A program made the position numbers and the translations under genes. A stretch of DNA of 64,000 bases from Ruthenibacterium lactatiformans. Its GTDB lineage: Bacteria > Bacillota > Clostridia > Oscillospirales > Ruminococcaceae. Each line of letters begins with the position of its first letter. The stretch's first letter is position 1. Under the pieces are notes generated by a model, which saw only the letters and a program-made list of their open reading frames with translations, was not told where the DNA came from and searched no databases. The stretch is from positions 70,831 through 134,830 of the forward strand of contig NZ_JXXK01000003.1 in assembly GCF_000949455.1 (NCBI RefSeq). Reading direction: 5' to 3'. This document shows positions 27,018 through 35,240 of this stretch, one piece after another.

Positions 27018-28415
27018 TTAAAACTCGATCTTTTTCTCGATATAAGCGCGCAGATCCTCGATCTTCACACGCTCCTGCTGCATGGTGTCGCGGTCGCGCA
27101 CGGTCACACAGCCGTCGGCGGCCGTCTTGTCGTCGCCCACGGTCTCAAAGTCGATGGTGATGCACAGCGGCGTGCCGATCTCATCCTGGCGGCGGTAACG
27201 CTTTCCGATGGAGCCGGTCTCATCATAATCCACCATGAAATACTTCGCCAGCTCGGCGCGCACTTCCTCGGCCTTGGGGGCCAGCTTTTTCGAAAGCGGA
27301 AGCACGCACGCTTTGAAGGGCGCCAGCGCCGGATGCAGGCGCATCACCACGCGGGTGTCGTTTTTCCCGGCGTCCACCACTTCCTCGTCGTAGGCCTCGC
27401 AAAGGAACGCCAGCGCCACACGGTCCGCGCCCAGGGACGGCTCCACAACATAGGGGATATAGCGTTCATTGGTCTCCGGGTCAAAGTATTCAAGACTCTT
27501 GCCGCTGGCCTCCTGATGACGGCCCAGATCGTAATTGGTGCGGTCGGCAATGCCCCACAGCTCGCCCCAGCCAAACGGGAACAGATACTCAATGTCCGTC
27601 GTAGCCTTGGAATAGAAGGACAGCTCCTCCTTCTCATGGTCGCGCAGGCGCATGTTTTCCTCTTTCATGCCCAGGCTCAGCAGGAAGTTCTTGCAGTAAT
27701 CCTTCCAATAGTAGAACCAGTCCAGATCGGTGTCCGGCTTGCAGAAGAACTCGCACTCCATCTGCTCGAACTCCCGGATGCGGAAAATAAAGTTGCCCGG
27801 CGTGATCTCGTTGCGGAAGGATTTGCCGATCTGGCACACGCCGAACGGCAGCTTGCGGCGCGTGGTGCGCTGGATATTGGCGTAGTTGACAAAGATGCCC
27901 TGCGCCGTTTCAGGCCGCAGATAGACCTCATTCTTGGCGTCTTCGGTAACGCCCATAAACGTCTTGAACATCAGGTTGAACTTGCGGATGTCGGTAAAAT
28001 TTTTGCTGCCGCATTCCGGGCAGGCGATGCCATGCTCGCGGATATATTCCGTCATCTCGTCGAAGCTCATGCCTTCGGCGTGTCCGCCCGCGTCCTCGAT
28101 GAGCTTGTCCGCGCGGTGACGGGCATGACAGTCCCGGCAGTCCATCAGCGGGTCGGAAAAGCCGCCCACATGGCCGGAGGTGACCCAGGTCTGCGGGTTC
28201 ATCAGAATGGCGGAATCCAAGCCAACATTGTATTTGGATTCCTGCACGAACTTCTTCCACCAGGCCTTTTTGACATTGTTTTTAAACTCGACGCCAAGAG
28301 GGCCGTAATCCCAGCTGTTGGCCAGGCCGCCGTAGATCTCGCTGCCCGGATATACAAAGCCCCGGTTTTTGCACAGGGCGACGATCTGGTCCATGGTCTT
28401 TGCGCTGTTTTCCAT
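27018..28415 (-). CDS. glyQS: glycine--tRNA ligase (dimeric class II type)
   Basis: [41 protein letters not shown], class II motifs 2/3 and C-terminal anticodon-binding domain; 465 aa; RBS AAAAGGTG. Confidence 0.85.
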   Translation of the reverse strand: MENSAKTMDQIVALCKNRGFVYPGSEIYGGLANSWDYGPLGVEFKNNVKKAWWKKFVQESKYNVGLDSAILMNPQTWVTSGHVGGFSDPLMDCRDCHARHRADKLIEDAGGHAEGMSFDEMTEYIREHGIACPECGSKNFTDIRKFNLMFKTFMGVTEDAKNEVYLRPETAQGIFVNYANIQRTTRRKLPFGVCQIGKSFRNEITPGNFIFRIREFEQMECEFFCKPDTDLDWFYYWKDYCKNFLLSLGMKEENMRLRDHEKEELSFYSKATTDIEYLFPFGWGELWGIADRTNYDLGRHQEASGKSLEYFDPETNERYIPYVVEPSLGADRVALAFLCEAYDEEVVDAGKNDTRVVMRLHPALAPFKACVLPLSKKLAPKAEEVRAELAKYFMVDYDETGSIGKRYRRQDEIGTPLCITIDFETVGDDKTAADGCVTVRDRDTMQQERVKIEDLRAYIEKKIEF

Positions 28416-28464
28416 CGTGACACACCTTTTCTTATAAATGATAGGAACAATAAGACATGGGTTT

Positions 28465-28493
28465 ATTGTACGGCAGGCGGCGCGGTTCGTCAA
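28465..28493 (-). promoter_or_regulatory. candidate glyQS promoter (-35 TTGACG, 17 bp, -10 TACAAT)
   Basis: reverse complement TTGACGaaccgcgccgcctgccgTACAAT; leaves a ~45-nt leader, so no room for a T-box. Confidence 0.45.
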
Positions 28494-28502
28494 GGGTTTG
28501 GC

Positions 28503-28531
28503 TTGACTTCGCGCGCATTGTGTCATATAAT
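28503..28531 (+). promoter_or_regulatory. consensus sigma-A promoter for tRNA-Pro (-35 TTGACT, 17 bp, -10 TATAAT)
   Basis: TTGACTtcgcgcgcattgtgtcaTATAAT, ~75 nt upstream of the tRNA 5' end; divergent from the glyQS promoter. Confidence 0.55.
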
Positions 28532-28607
28532 ATTTTAGCTTGGATTCCTCGTGTAAGCGCCGTATCCGCCGCGCTGGCACGCAGACATCCGTGCCAAAAC
28601 CGCATAC

Positions 28608-28683
28608 CGGGGTGTAGCGCAGTTGGTAGCGCGCCTGCTTTGGGAGCAGGATGCCGGGAGTTCGAGTCTCCCCACTCCGACCA
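28608..28683 (+). tRNA. tRNA-Pro (anticodon TGG)
   Basis: hand-folded cloverleaf: acceptor CGGGGTG/CACTCCG with bacterial-Pro-specific C1:G72, D-arm GCGC/GCGC, anticodon stem CCTGC/GCAGG with loop TTTGGGA, T-arm GGGAG-TTCGAGT-CTCCC, discriminator A, encoded CCA. Confidence 0.85.
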
Positions 28684-28684
28684 A

Positions 28685-28720
28685 AACACCACTAAAATCA
28701 TAGATTTTAGTGGTGTTTTT
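28685..28720 (+). terminator. rho-independent terminator after tRNA-Pro
   Basis: ACACCACTAAAATC-atag-GATTTTAGTGGTGT followed by TTTTTC. Confidence 0.7.
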
Positions 28721-28798
28721 CATAAAAAAGCGCAAAAGCTTTATGGTAAGGTCAAAAAACTTGCGGCGCGCCAAAGCACGATGAAAGGAGACGAACGT

Positions 28799-30040
28799 AT
28801 GGCCTACAGCGAGCTGATCAAAAACTTTGAACGCATTCGGGACTATATGCGCGAATTCTATGTGTACGGTTTTAAAAGCCGCGATGAGTTCACGAAGAAA
28901 AGCGCCCGCTCCTATGATGACGAGCGCCGCCGCGTTGAAAGCTGGCTGGGTGATTATATGCGTTTTCGGCAGACCGCTGACGGCAAAAAGGTCTTTCTCT
29001 CCATCGACAGCCGCATTTCTCATCACAATCCGTTCTACAAGGCATGGAAAGCGAAAAGTTTTACCGATGGGGATATCACGCTTCATTTTCTGATCTTCGA
29101 TGTTTTATCCGGTCCGGATATCGCGCTGCCGCTCAACGGCATCATGGATGAAATTGACCGGCGGCTTTCGTGCTTTGACGAGCCGAAAACATTCGATGCA
29201 TCCACCGTCCGCAAAAAACTGAAGGAATACGCCGAGCAGGGCCTTATCTGTACAGATCGGTCCGCAAAAACATTGCTGTACCGCCGTGCGGCCACGGCTC
29301 AGCCTGCCTGTACAGATGCGCTTGACTTTTTTTCCGAGGTCGCCCCCTGCGGCGTGATCGGTTCTTTTTTGCTGGATAAAGCCGATTCCCATGAGGAACA
29401 CTTTGTGTTCAAGCATCACTATATCACCGGGGCGCTGGACAGTGAGATTTTGTACAGATTGTTTGAGGCGATGCACAGAAAACAGTCCGTCCAAATCGAA
29501 ACCGTCAACCGGCGCAGGGAGCGCACCGCCGCGCAGAAGGTTGTTCCCCTGCGCATTTTTATCAGTGTGCAGAACGGCCGCCAGTATCTGATGGCTTATG
29601 CTCCGCGGAACAAACGGATCGGCTCCATCCGGCTTGATAATATTCTGTCGATCCAGACGGCGGGAAATTGCGAAAGCTACGATACATACCGGCAGAAGCT
29701 TGACCAAATGCAGAAGCATATTTGGGGCGTCAGTACCGAAGGGGGATGCGCGCGGCTGGAGCAGGTGGAGTTTACCGTGCGGTATGATGACGGTGAAGCG
29801 TATATCCACCGCCGTCTGGAACGGGAAAAGCGCTGCGGACAGGTCGAGCGTGTCGACGCTCACACCAGCCGCTTTTCCGCCGACGTCTATGACGCGGGCG
29901 AGCTGGTGCCGTGGATCCGTACCTTTATCTGCCGCATTGTCAGCATTCATTTTTCCAATCAGGAGCTGGCGGCGCAGTTCAAAAGGGACATCGACGCAAT
30001 GGCTCGCTTGTACGGGCTGAACGGAGGCGATGAAGCATGA
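28799..30040 (+). CDS. WYL-domain-containing protein (putative ligand-sensing regulator), island gene 1
   Basis: WYL-like core VVPLRIFISVQNGRQYLMAYAPRNKRIGSIRLDNILSI (xYLxAY...R.FRLDxI pattern); start ATG 28799 with RBS AAAGGAG; lower GC than core genome. Confidence 0.5.
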   Translation: MAYSELIKNFERIRDYMREFYVYGFKSRDEFTKKSARSYDDERRRVESWLGDYMRFRQTADGKKVFLSIDSRISHHNPFYKAWKAKSFTDGDITLHFLIFDVLSGPDIALPLNGIMDEIDRRLSCFDEPKTFDASTVRKKLKEYAEQGLICTDRSAKTLLYRRAATAQPACTDALDFFSEVAPCGVIGSFLLDKADSHEEHFVFKHHYITGALDSEILYRLFEAMHRKQSVQIETVNRRRERTAAQKVVPLRIFISVQNGRQYLMAYAPRNKRIGSIRLDNILSIQTAGNCESYDTYRQKLDQMQKHIWGVSTEGGCARLEQVEFTVRYDDGEAYIHRRLEREKRCGQVERVDAHTSRFSADVYDAGELVPWIRTFICRIVSIHFSNQELAAQFKRDIDAMARLYGLNGGDEA

Positions 30041-30948
30041 TTTTCAGCGAGCTTTACGGCGCTTACTACAACACAGTCGCGGCCGTTCTGCGCAAAGCGG
30101 TTCAGCGCCCGCTCACGAAGGAAGATCTGCGAACGGTTATCGAGCGCTGTGCGTTTTCAGAGAGCGTTTTATCCATCGAACCGGCGCTCACGAGCGAAAA
30201 ATGGCAGCTGCTCCGGCCGGACGGCACAACGCCCCTCCTCCATCCGCCGACCATGCCGCTTACGGTGCTGCAAAAGCGGTGGCTGAAGGCGATTTCTCTT
30301 GACCCGCGCATCCGCCTGTTTGATTTTGACAGTTCCGGCCTTGAGGATGTGCCGCCGCTGTTCACGCCGGACGACATTTACATTTTTGACCGGTATGCGG
30401 ACGGCGACCCATTTGAAGATGAGGTATACATACAAATCTTCCATCGGATACTGGACGCGATCAAAAAGCGGTATCCGCTCAGTATTGATGTAAAAAACCG
30501 CCGGGAGGCCCGCACACATCTGAACGTCATGCCGGAATATCTGGAGTATTCCGAAAAGGACGACAAGTTCCGCCTGGTCGCCTCCGGCTGCCGGTACGGA
30601 AAAACCATCAATCTTGGGCGGATTTTGTCCTGTAAGCCCTTTCGGGGAGAACGGTACGGGCGCCAAAGCATCTGTGCCGCCGCAAACAAACGCGTTGTGA
30701 TCGAGCTGTATGACGGACGCAATGCCCTGGAACGGGTGCTGCTTCACTTTGCGCACTTTGAAAAAGAGGCGCAGCGGCTGGACGAAAAGCACTACCGCGT
30801 CACGATCAACTACCGGCAGGACGACGAGACAGAACTGGTGATTCGGGTGCTTTCTTTCGGCCCGTTTATTAAGGTAACTGAGCCGGAACGCTTTGTGGGA
30901 CTGATCAAAAAACGGCTGGAAATGCAAAAAAGCTGCGGACTCTTTTGA
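30037..30948 (+). CDS. WYL-domain-containing protein with C-terminal WCX-like extension, island gene 2
   Basis: FRLVASGCRYGKTINLGRILSCKPF WYL-like core; C-terminal ...FIKVTEPERFVGLIKKRLE resembles the WYL C-terminal extension; start overlaps upstream stop (ATGA). Confidence 0.5.
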   Translation: MIFSELYGAYYNTVAAVLRKAVQRPLTKEDLRTVIERCAFSESVLSIEPALTSEKWQLLRPDGTTPLLHPPTMPLTVLQKRWLKAISLDPRIRLFDFDSSGLEDVPPLFTPDDIYIFDRYADGDPFEDEVYIQIFHRILDAIKKRYPLSIDVKNRREARTHLNVMPEYLEYSEKDDKFRLVASGCRYGKTINLGRILSCKPFRGERYGRQSICAAANKRVVIELYDGRNALERVLLHFAHFEKEAQRLDEKHYRVTINYRQDDETELVIRVLSFGPFIKVTEPERFVGLIKKRLEMQKSCGLF

Positions 30949-30964
30949 GTTCGCAGCTTTTTTT
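30930..30964 (+). terminator. rho-independent terminator overlapping the stop codon of WYL gene 2
   Basis: AGCTGCGGAC-tcttttga-GTTCGCAGCT followed by TTTTTTT. Confidence 0.55.
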
Positions 30965-31440
30965 CCGTGATAAGGCAGGAAAATTTTAGTATTCTATGGA
31001 TGCAAGATGACCTTTGCGGGTGTTTGAATGTTCTTTCACCGCGGTGCGCGAGGAGGTTCCAAAGCGTATGCCGGTCAGGCTTGCGCGTGGCAGCCGCGAA
31101 AGCGGCGGGGTTCAACTCCCCTTTATATCGCAGGTTCGAATCCTGCCTTACATCCGTCAGGATGTATGCCAGTTGGTTTGGTCGCCGCGGGAAGCGGCAA
31201 GCAGGCGTACCTTCGGGTACGGATGAAAACAGGATTCGTTATCCGGCCAGAAATGCGCAGTGCATCTTTGGATGCAGCAAGCATTGCGGGCAATGCTTAC
31301 CGGGCCCTGTCTGAAAACGGATACCGTGCAAAGGGCCAAACGGCCAGGAAGCAATTCTCCGCCGGTTGGCGCCATGCGCTGAAGGGTTCAGCCGCCGGGC
31401 AGGCATGGATGACGAATCACGAATTTAGACCCGAGGAGGT
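30965..31440 (+). ncRNA. ~480-nt highly structured non-coding leader / candidate ncRNA with two tRNA T-arm-like hairpins
   Basis: no supported ORF; hairpins include GGGG-TTCAACT-CCCC, GCAGG-TTCGAAT-CCTGC (canonical T-arm), GNRA (CCGC-GAAA-GCGG) and UUCG (GTACC-TTCG-GGTAC) tetraloops, AAGCATTGC-ggg-GCAATGCTT, GCTGAA-ggg-TTCAGC; lies immediately upstream of the SPFH-rtcB operon. Confidence 0.35.
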
Positions 31441-31447
31441 TTTTTAT

Positions 31448-32554
31448 ATGAAAAAGGTTATTATCAATGAGAATCAGAAGGGTTTCCTGTTTCATAACGG
31501 ACGGTTTGTAAAGCTTCTGGGCGCAGGAAAGTATCCGTTGTTCGGCGCCCGGGAAATTGAGATCGTCTCTTTGAAGGAGCCTCTCATATCTGCAAAATGC
31601 GAACTGGACACCCTTCTCGCAAACAGCGAGGTCGCAAAACTGACCTCTGTCTGCGAAGTTGCGGACCAGCAGCTGGCGCTTCACTACACAAGCGGAAAAT
31701 TCGACGGAGTGCTCCGCCGCGGCAAATACGCCTTCTGGTCTGTGCTGGAGCGTCACGAGTACCAGCTTGTGGATATCTCCACGCCCGAGGTTGCGGAGGA
31801 TGTGCCGCAGTACATATTCGCAAAGCTTCCCACCACGGTTTATACAAAAGTGGAGGTGGCCCAGTATCAGAAAGCACGGCTGTACTTTGACCAGAAGTTG
31901 ATCCGCATTTTGGACGCCGGCACCTATTACTTCTGGAAAAACAATATCCGGGTAGACGTGAACCTTGTGGACACGCGGCTCACCCGGATGGAGATCACCG
32001 GGCAGGAGATCATGACGCAGGATAAGGTCGGCCTTCGCATCAATTTTGTGTGCAATTACCGCATCACGGATTATGTGAAGATACTCACCGAAATCGACGA
32101 CTATGCCGGGCAAATGCACGTTGCGGCGCAGCTCGCTCTTCGGGACTTTGTAGGGAAGCAGAAGCTGGACGACATTCTGGCGAATAAAGACGAGCTGTCA
32201 AGGTATGCCTTTGAGCGCCTTAAGGCAAAAGAGAACGAGTTCTTCGTGGAAATTATCGACGCGGGCGTGAAGGATATCATTCTTCCCGGCGAGATCCGCG
32301 ACATCATGAATACAGTGCTGATCGCGGAAAAGCGGGCGCAGGCCAACGTCATCACCCGCCGGGAAGAGGTCGCCTCCACCCGCTCGCTGCTCAACACCGC
32401 AAAGCTGATGGAGGAAAACCCGACGCTCTACAGGCTCAAGGAGCTGGAGCACATTGAGCGCATCTGCGAGAATGTGGGCAATATCAACTTAAACGGAAAC
32501 GGAGACGTTCTCTCTCAGCTTATGGGCCTGATGCATCCGGGAACAGCCTCCTGA
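31448..32554 (+). CDS. SPFH/Band-7 (stomatin/prohibitin-like) domain protein without TM anchor, N-terminal domain of unknown function
   Basis: C-terminal half ...IIDAGVKDIILPGEIRDIMNTVLIAEKRAQANVITRREEVASTRSL matches SPFH core; start MKKVIINENQ with RBS GAGGAGG; the ORF track upstream extension (31028-) runs through non-coding structured RNA. Confidence 0.6.
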   Translation: MKKVIINENQKGFLFHNGRFVKLLGAGKYPLFGAREIEIVSLKEPLISAKCELDTLLANSEVAKLTSVCEVADQQLALHYTSGKFDGVLRRGKYAFWSVLERHEYQLVDISTPEVAEDVPQYIFAKLPTTVYTKVEVAQYQKARLYFDQKLIRILDAGTYYFWKNNIRVDVNLVDTRLTRMEITGQEIMTQDKVGLRINFVCNYRITDYVKILTEIDDYAGQMHVAAQLALRDFVGKQKLDDILANKDELSRYAFERLKAKENEFFVEIIDAGVKDIILPGEIRDIMNTVLIAEKRAQANVITRREEVASTRSLLNTAKLMEENPTLYRLKELEHIERICENVGNINLNGNGDVLSQLMGLMHPGTAS

Positions 32555-32616
32555 TATCCGGAGCCGGAGCGGTGAAAGCCGCATGTTCCGGCCCCGTCGG
32601 AAAGGGGATCACCATT

Positions 32617-33819
32617 GTGATCGAAGTAAAGGGAAAATTCAATACCGCGCTGTGCTATACGCCGGCGCTGGACGGAAAAGCAGAGGAGCAGATCCGCCTG
32701 GTCTGCGACGAAGAAGCGTTTCGGGACAGCAAAATCCGCATCATGCCGGACGTTCACGCGGGAAAAGGCTGTACCATCGGAACGACCATGACCATTACGG
32801 ATAAGGTGGTTCCCGGTATGGTGGGTGTGGATATCGGCTGCGGCATGGAAACCGTCAGGATCGCACAACGGGAGATCGATTCTGAAAAGCTGGATGCGCT
32901 GATCCGCAGCGCGATCCCCTGCGGACGGGAAGTGCGCATGGCCTCCCACGAATACTGCTCGTCCATCGACTTGAGCGCGCTTCGCTGCGCGCCTTACGTC
33001 AATCTGGAGCGGGCGAAAAAAAGCATCGGCACGCTGGGCGGCGGCAACCATTTTATCGAGGCGGATCGTTCCGATACGGGCGATATTTATATCGTCGTTC
33101 ATTCCGGCAGCCGCCATCTGGGCGTTGAGGTCGCCGATTACTATCAGGAACAGGGCCGAATGGCATTGTGGGGCGGCGCACGCTACCAGATCGGGCAGCT
33201 CATCGAAACGCTCAAGTCGGAGGGGCGCTTTCAGGAGATCCAGCCCGCAGTAACCGCCCTCAAAAAAGAGCATAAAATCAGCATACCGAAAGACCTGGCC
33301 TATGTGGAGGGCAAGCTTTTCGAGGATTATATCCATGATATGCGCATTGTGCAGCGCTTCGCTGTGTTGAACCGCAAAGCGATGATGGATGTGATCCTTT
33401 CCGGTATGGGCTTTACAAAAGCAGACGAATTCACGACCATTCACAACTATATCGACACGGACGCGATGATCCTGCGCAAAGGCTCGGTTTCTGCCAAGAA
33501 GGGCGAAAAGCTGCTCATTCCCATCAATATGCGGGACGGCAGCCTTATCTGTATCGGAAAAGGAAACCCGGAGTGGAACTGCTCCGCCCCTCATGGGGCC
33601 GGGCGGCTCATGAGCCGGAGAGCGGCGTTTTCCACGCTTTCCATGGAACAGTACCGGGAGGAAATGAAGGGCATTTACTCCACCTGTGTTGTTCCGGATA
33701 CGTTGGATGAATCCCCTATGGCCTATAAGAGCATGGAGGAAATCATTGCGCAGATCGAACCCACGACGCAAATCGCAGAGCGTGTCAAACCTGTTTATAA
33801 CTTTAAGGCGGCAGAATGA
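32617..33819 (+). CDS. rtcB: RtcB-family RNA 3'-phosphate/2',3'-cyclic phosphate ligase
   Basis: RtcB signature motifs MPDVHAGKGCTIG, GVDIGCGM, GGGNHFIE, HNYI, RKGSV, NCSAPHGAGR; GTG start at 32617 (MIEVKGKFNTALCYT, typical RtcB N-terminus) with RBS GGAAAGGGGA. Confidence 0.85.
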   Translation: MIEVKGKFNTALCYTPALDGKAEEQIRLVCDEEAFRDSKIRIMPDVHAGKGCTIGTTMTITDKVVPGMVGVDIGCGMETVRIAQREIDSEKLDALIRSAIPCGREVRMASHEYCSSIDLSALRCAPYVNLERAKKSIGTLGGGNHFIEADRSDTGDIYIVVHSGSRHLGVEVADYYQEQGRMALWGGARYQIGQLIETLKSEGRFQEIQPAVTALKKEHKISIPKDLAYVEGKLFEDYIHDMRIVQRFAVLNRKAMMDVILSGMGFTKADEFTTIHNYIDTDAMILRKGSVSAKKGEKLLIPINMRDGSLICIGKGNPEWNCSAPHGAGRLMSRRAAFSTLSMEQYREEMKGIYSTCVVPDTLDESPMAYKSMEEIIAQIEPTTQIAERVKPVYNFKAAE

Positions 33820-33858
33820 TGAAAACACCTGTTTGTTTGACTTTCCCTGTAAAGACAG

Positions 33859-33902
33859 GCAGCCTGTAAGAAAGCGGTGCCCTGACGGTTCTTACAGGCT
33901 GC
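33859..33902. promoter_or_regulatory. perfect 14-bp inverted repeat separated by 16 bp downstream of rtcB
   Basis: GCAGCCTGTAAGAA-N16-TTCTTACAGGCTGC; no U-tract, so not a canonical terminator. Confidence 0.3.
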
Positions 33903-33926
33903 CCGAACTGTCGGGGAGTGATTTAA

Positions 33927-34169
33927 TTGAAAAGAACGCGGGCTTATTACCGGCGGCAGAGAAACCGGGCCATTGAAAGAAAGCTGGGGATCCTGCGCAG
34001 GCTTGGCGGAGAGGAGTATGTATATGCCTGGACGCGGGGTGCATACGGCCGTCTCGCCAAAGGAAAAATCCACTGTTCCTGCCCCATGTGCCGGGCAAAA
34101 TCCCGTGATGAGCACAGCCATAGGGACAAAAAGGCTTTTTTATCCGCCAAGCAGCAAATGGATGCGTGA
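33927..34169 (+). CDS. small basic Cys/His-containing protein (80 aa), possible zinc-binding nucleic-acid-binding protein
   Basis: TTG start with RBS GGGGAG 7 nt upstream; Arg/Lys-rich, HCSCPMC...HSH cluster; sits between rtcB and the nucleotidyltransferase gene. Confidence 0.35.
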   Translation: MKRTRAYYRRQRNRAIERKLGILRRLGGEEYVYAWTRGAYGRLAKGKIHCSCPMCRAKSRDEHSHRDKKAFLSAKQQMDA

Positions 34170-34196
34170 CACACACGCCGAAAGGAGGAGCACCTT

Positions 34197-34949
34197 ATGA
34201 AAGATACAATACAAAAAGAACTGGCTCAAATTGAACAAACACAAAATGTGCGGATCTTGCTGGCGGTCGAATCCGGCAGCCGGGCATGGGGCTTTGCCTC
34301 TCCGGACAGCGACTATGATGTACGGTTCATCTACGTCCGCCCGAAAGATGCGTATTTGCGGCTTCAAAAACACCGTGATGTGATCGAATTGCCGATCAAC
34401 GACGCGCTGGATATCAACGGGTGGGACCTCACCAAGACGCTGCGGCTTCTGCATAAGTCCAACCCAACGCTGTTTGAATGGGGTGCCTCCCCCATTGTAT
34501 ATTTAGAAACAGATTTTGCGGCACGGTTTAAATCTGTTATGGGGCGATATTTTTCTTCGAAGAGAGGGCTGTATCACTATATCCATATGGCGGCCGGCAA
34601 CTACCGCGAATACATCAAAGGCGATATGATAAAGGCAAAGAAATATTTTTATGTCCTGCGCCCGGTCCTCGCCTGCCGGTGGATCCTTGACAAAGGCTCC
34701 CCGCCGCCCATGCTGTTTTCCGAACTGATGGAGAGCGGGCTTGCACCGGAATTGAAACCGGAAGTCGAGCGTCTGCTCGAACTCAAGGTGAATTCCCCTG
34801 AAATCAGGATGATTCCGCAGATCAGGACGCTCAACGAATATCTCAGTTCCAGCATAGCGGAAATCGAACAAAAAATCGCGCGTCCTCCCAATGAGCGGGA
34901 AATCGGCTGGGAAGAGCTGAACGAACTGTTCCTGTCGCAGCTTATATAG
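34197..34949 (+). CDS. Pol-beta-superfamily nucleotidyltransferase (PF10127-like predicted nucleotidyltransferase)
   Basis: LLAVESGSRAWGFASPDSDYDVRFIYV = GS-x(n)-DxD minimal nucleotidyltransferase motif; RBS AAAGGAGGAG. Confidence 0.65.
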   Translation: MKDTIQKELAQIEQTQNVRILLAVESGSRAWGFASPDSDYDVRFIYVRPKDAYLRLQKHRDVIELPINDALDINGWDLTKTLRLLHKSNPTLFEWGASPIVYLETDFAARFKSVMGRYFSSKRGLYHYIHMAAGNYREYIKGDMIKAKKYFYVLRPVLACRWILDKGSPPPMLFSELMESGLAPELKPEVERLLELKVNSPEIRMIPQIRTLNEYLSSSIAEIEQKIARPPNEREIGWEELNELFLSQLI

Positions 34950-35007
34950 TTTGCAGCAGCGCTTTCTTTGGCCTAAGCCAATTTGTTTTCAATGCGGCGG
35001 GCAAAAC

Positions 35008-35047
35008 ATGTACCGTTATTCCAATTAAAACAGCGGCCGGAGCAAAA
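35008..35047. terminator. bidirectional rho-independent terminator closing the island operon
   Basis: AAACAGCGGCCGGAGC-aaaat-GCTCCGGCCGCTGTTTTT. Confidence 0.65.
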
Positions 35048-35240
35048 TGCTCCGGCCGCTGTTTTTGCAATATCAAGCAGTATTTTCCGTCATCCAACGG
35101 CCTATTCCCGGCCCTCCTGTAATGCTGGCCGTATTCGAGGCCCTGCGGGTTTGCGCCCATGCAGACGGCCATGGCCTTTTTCTTCCTGCTGACGCCGCCC
35201 GGAATTTCAAAGCATTTTTTGCTCCACCGAATGGAGCCGT

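Noticed and set aside
28416-28607. Expected T-box riboswitch leader upstream of glyQS
   Set aside because: The glyQS promoter I infer (TTGACG-17-TACAAT) leaves only a ~45-nt leader, and the remaining intergenic DNA is occupied by the divergent tRNA-Pro promoter; no specifier/T-box sequence is visible.
28684-35240. Direct repeat of the tRNA-Pro 3' end marking the distal island boundary (att site)
   Set aside because: Searched by eye for CACTCCGACCA / TTCGAGTCTCCCC-like copies near 35.0-35.3 kb and elsewhere in the island; none found, so the island boundary is set only by GC shift and terminators.
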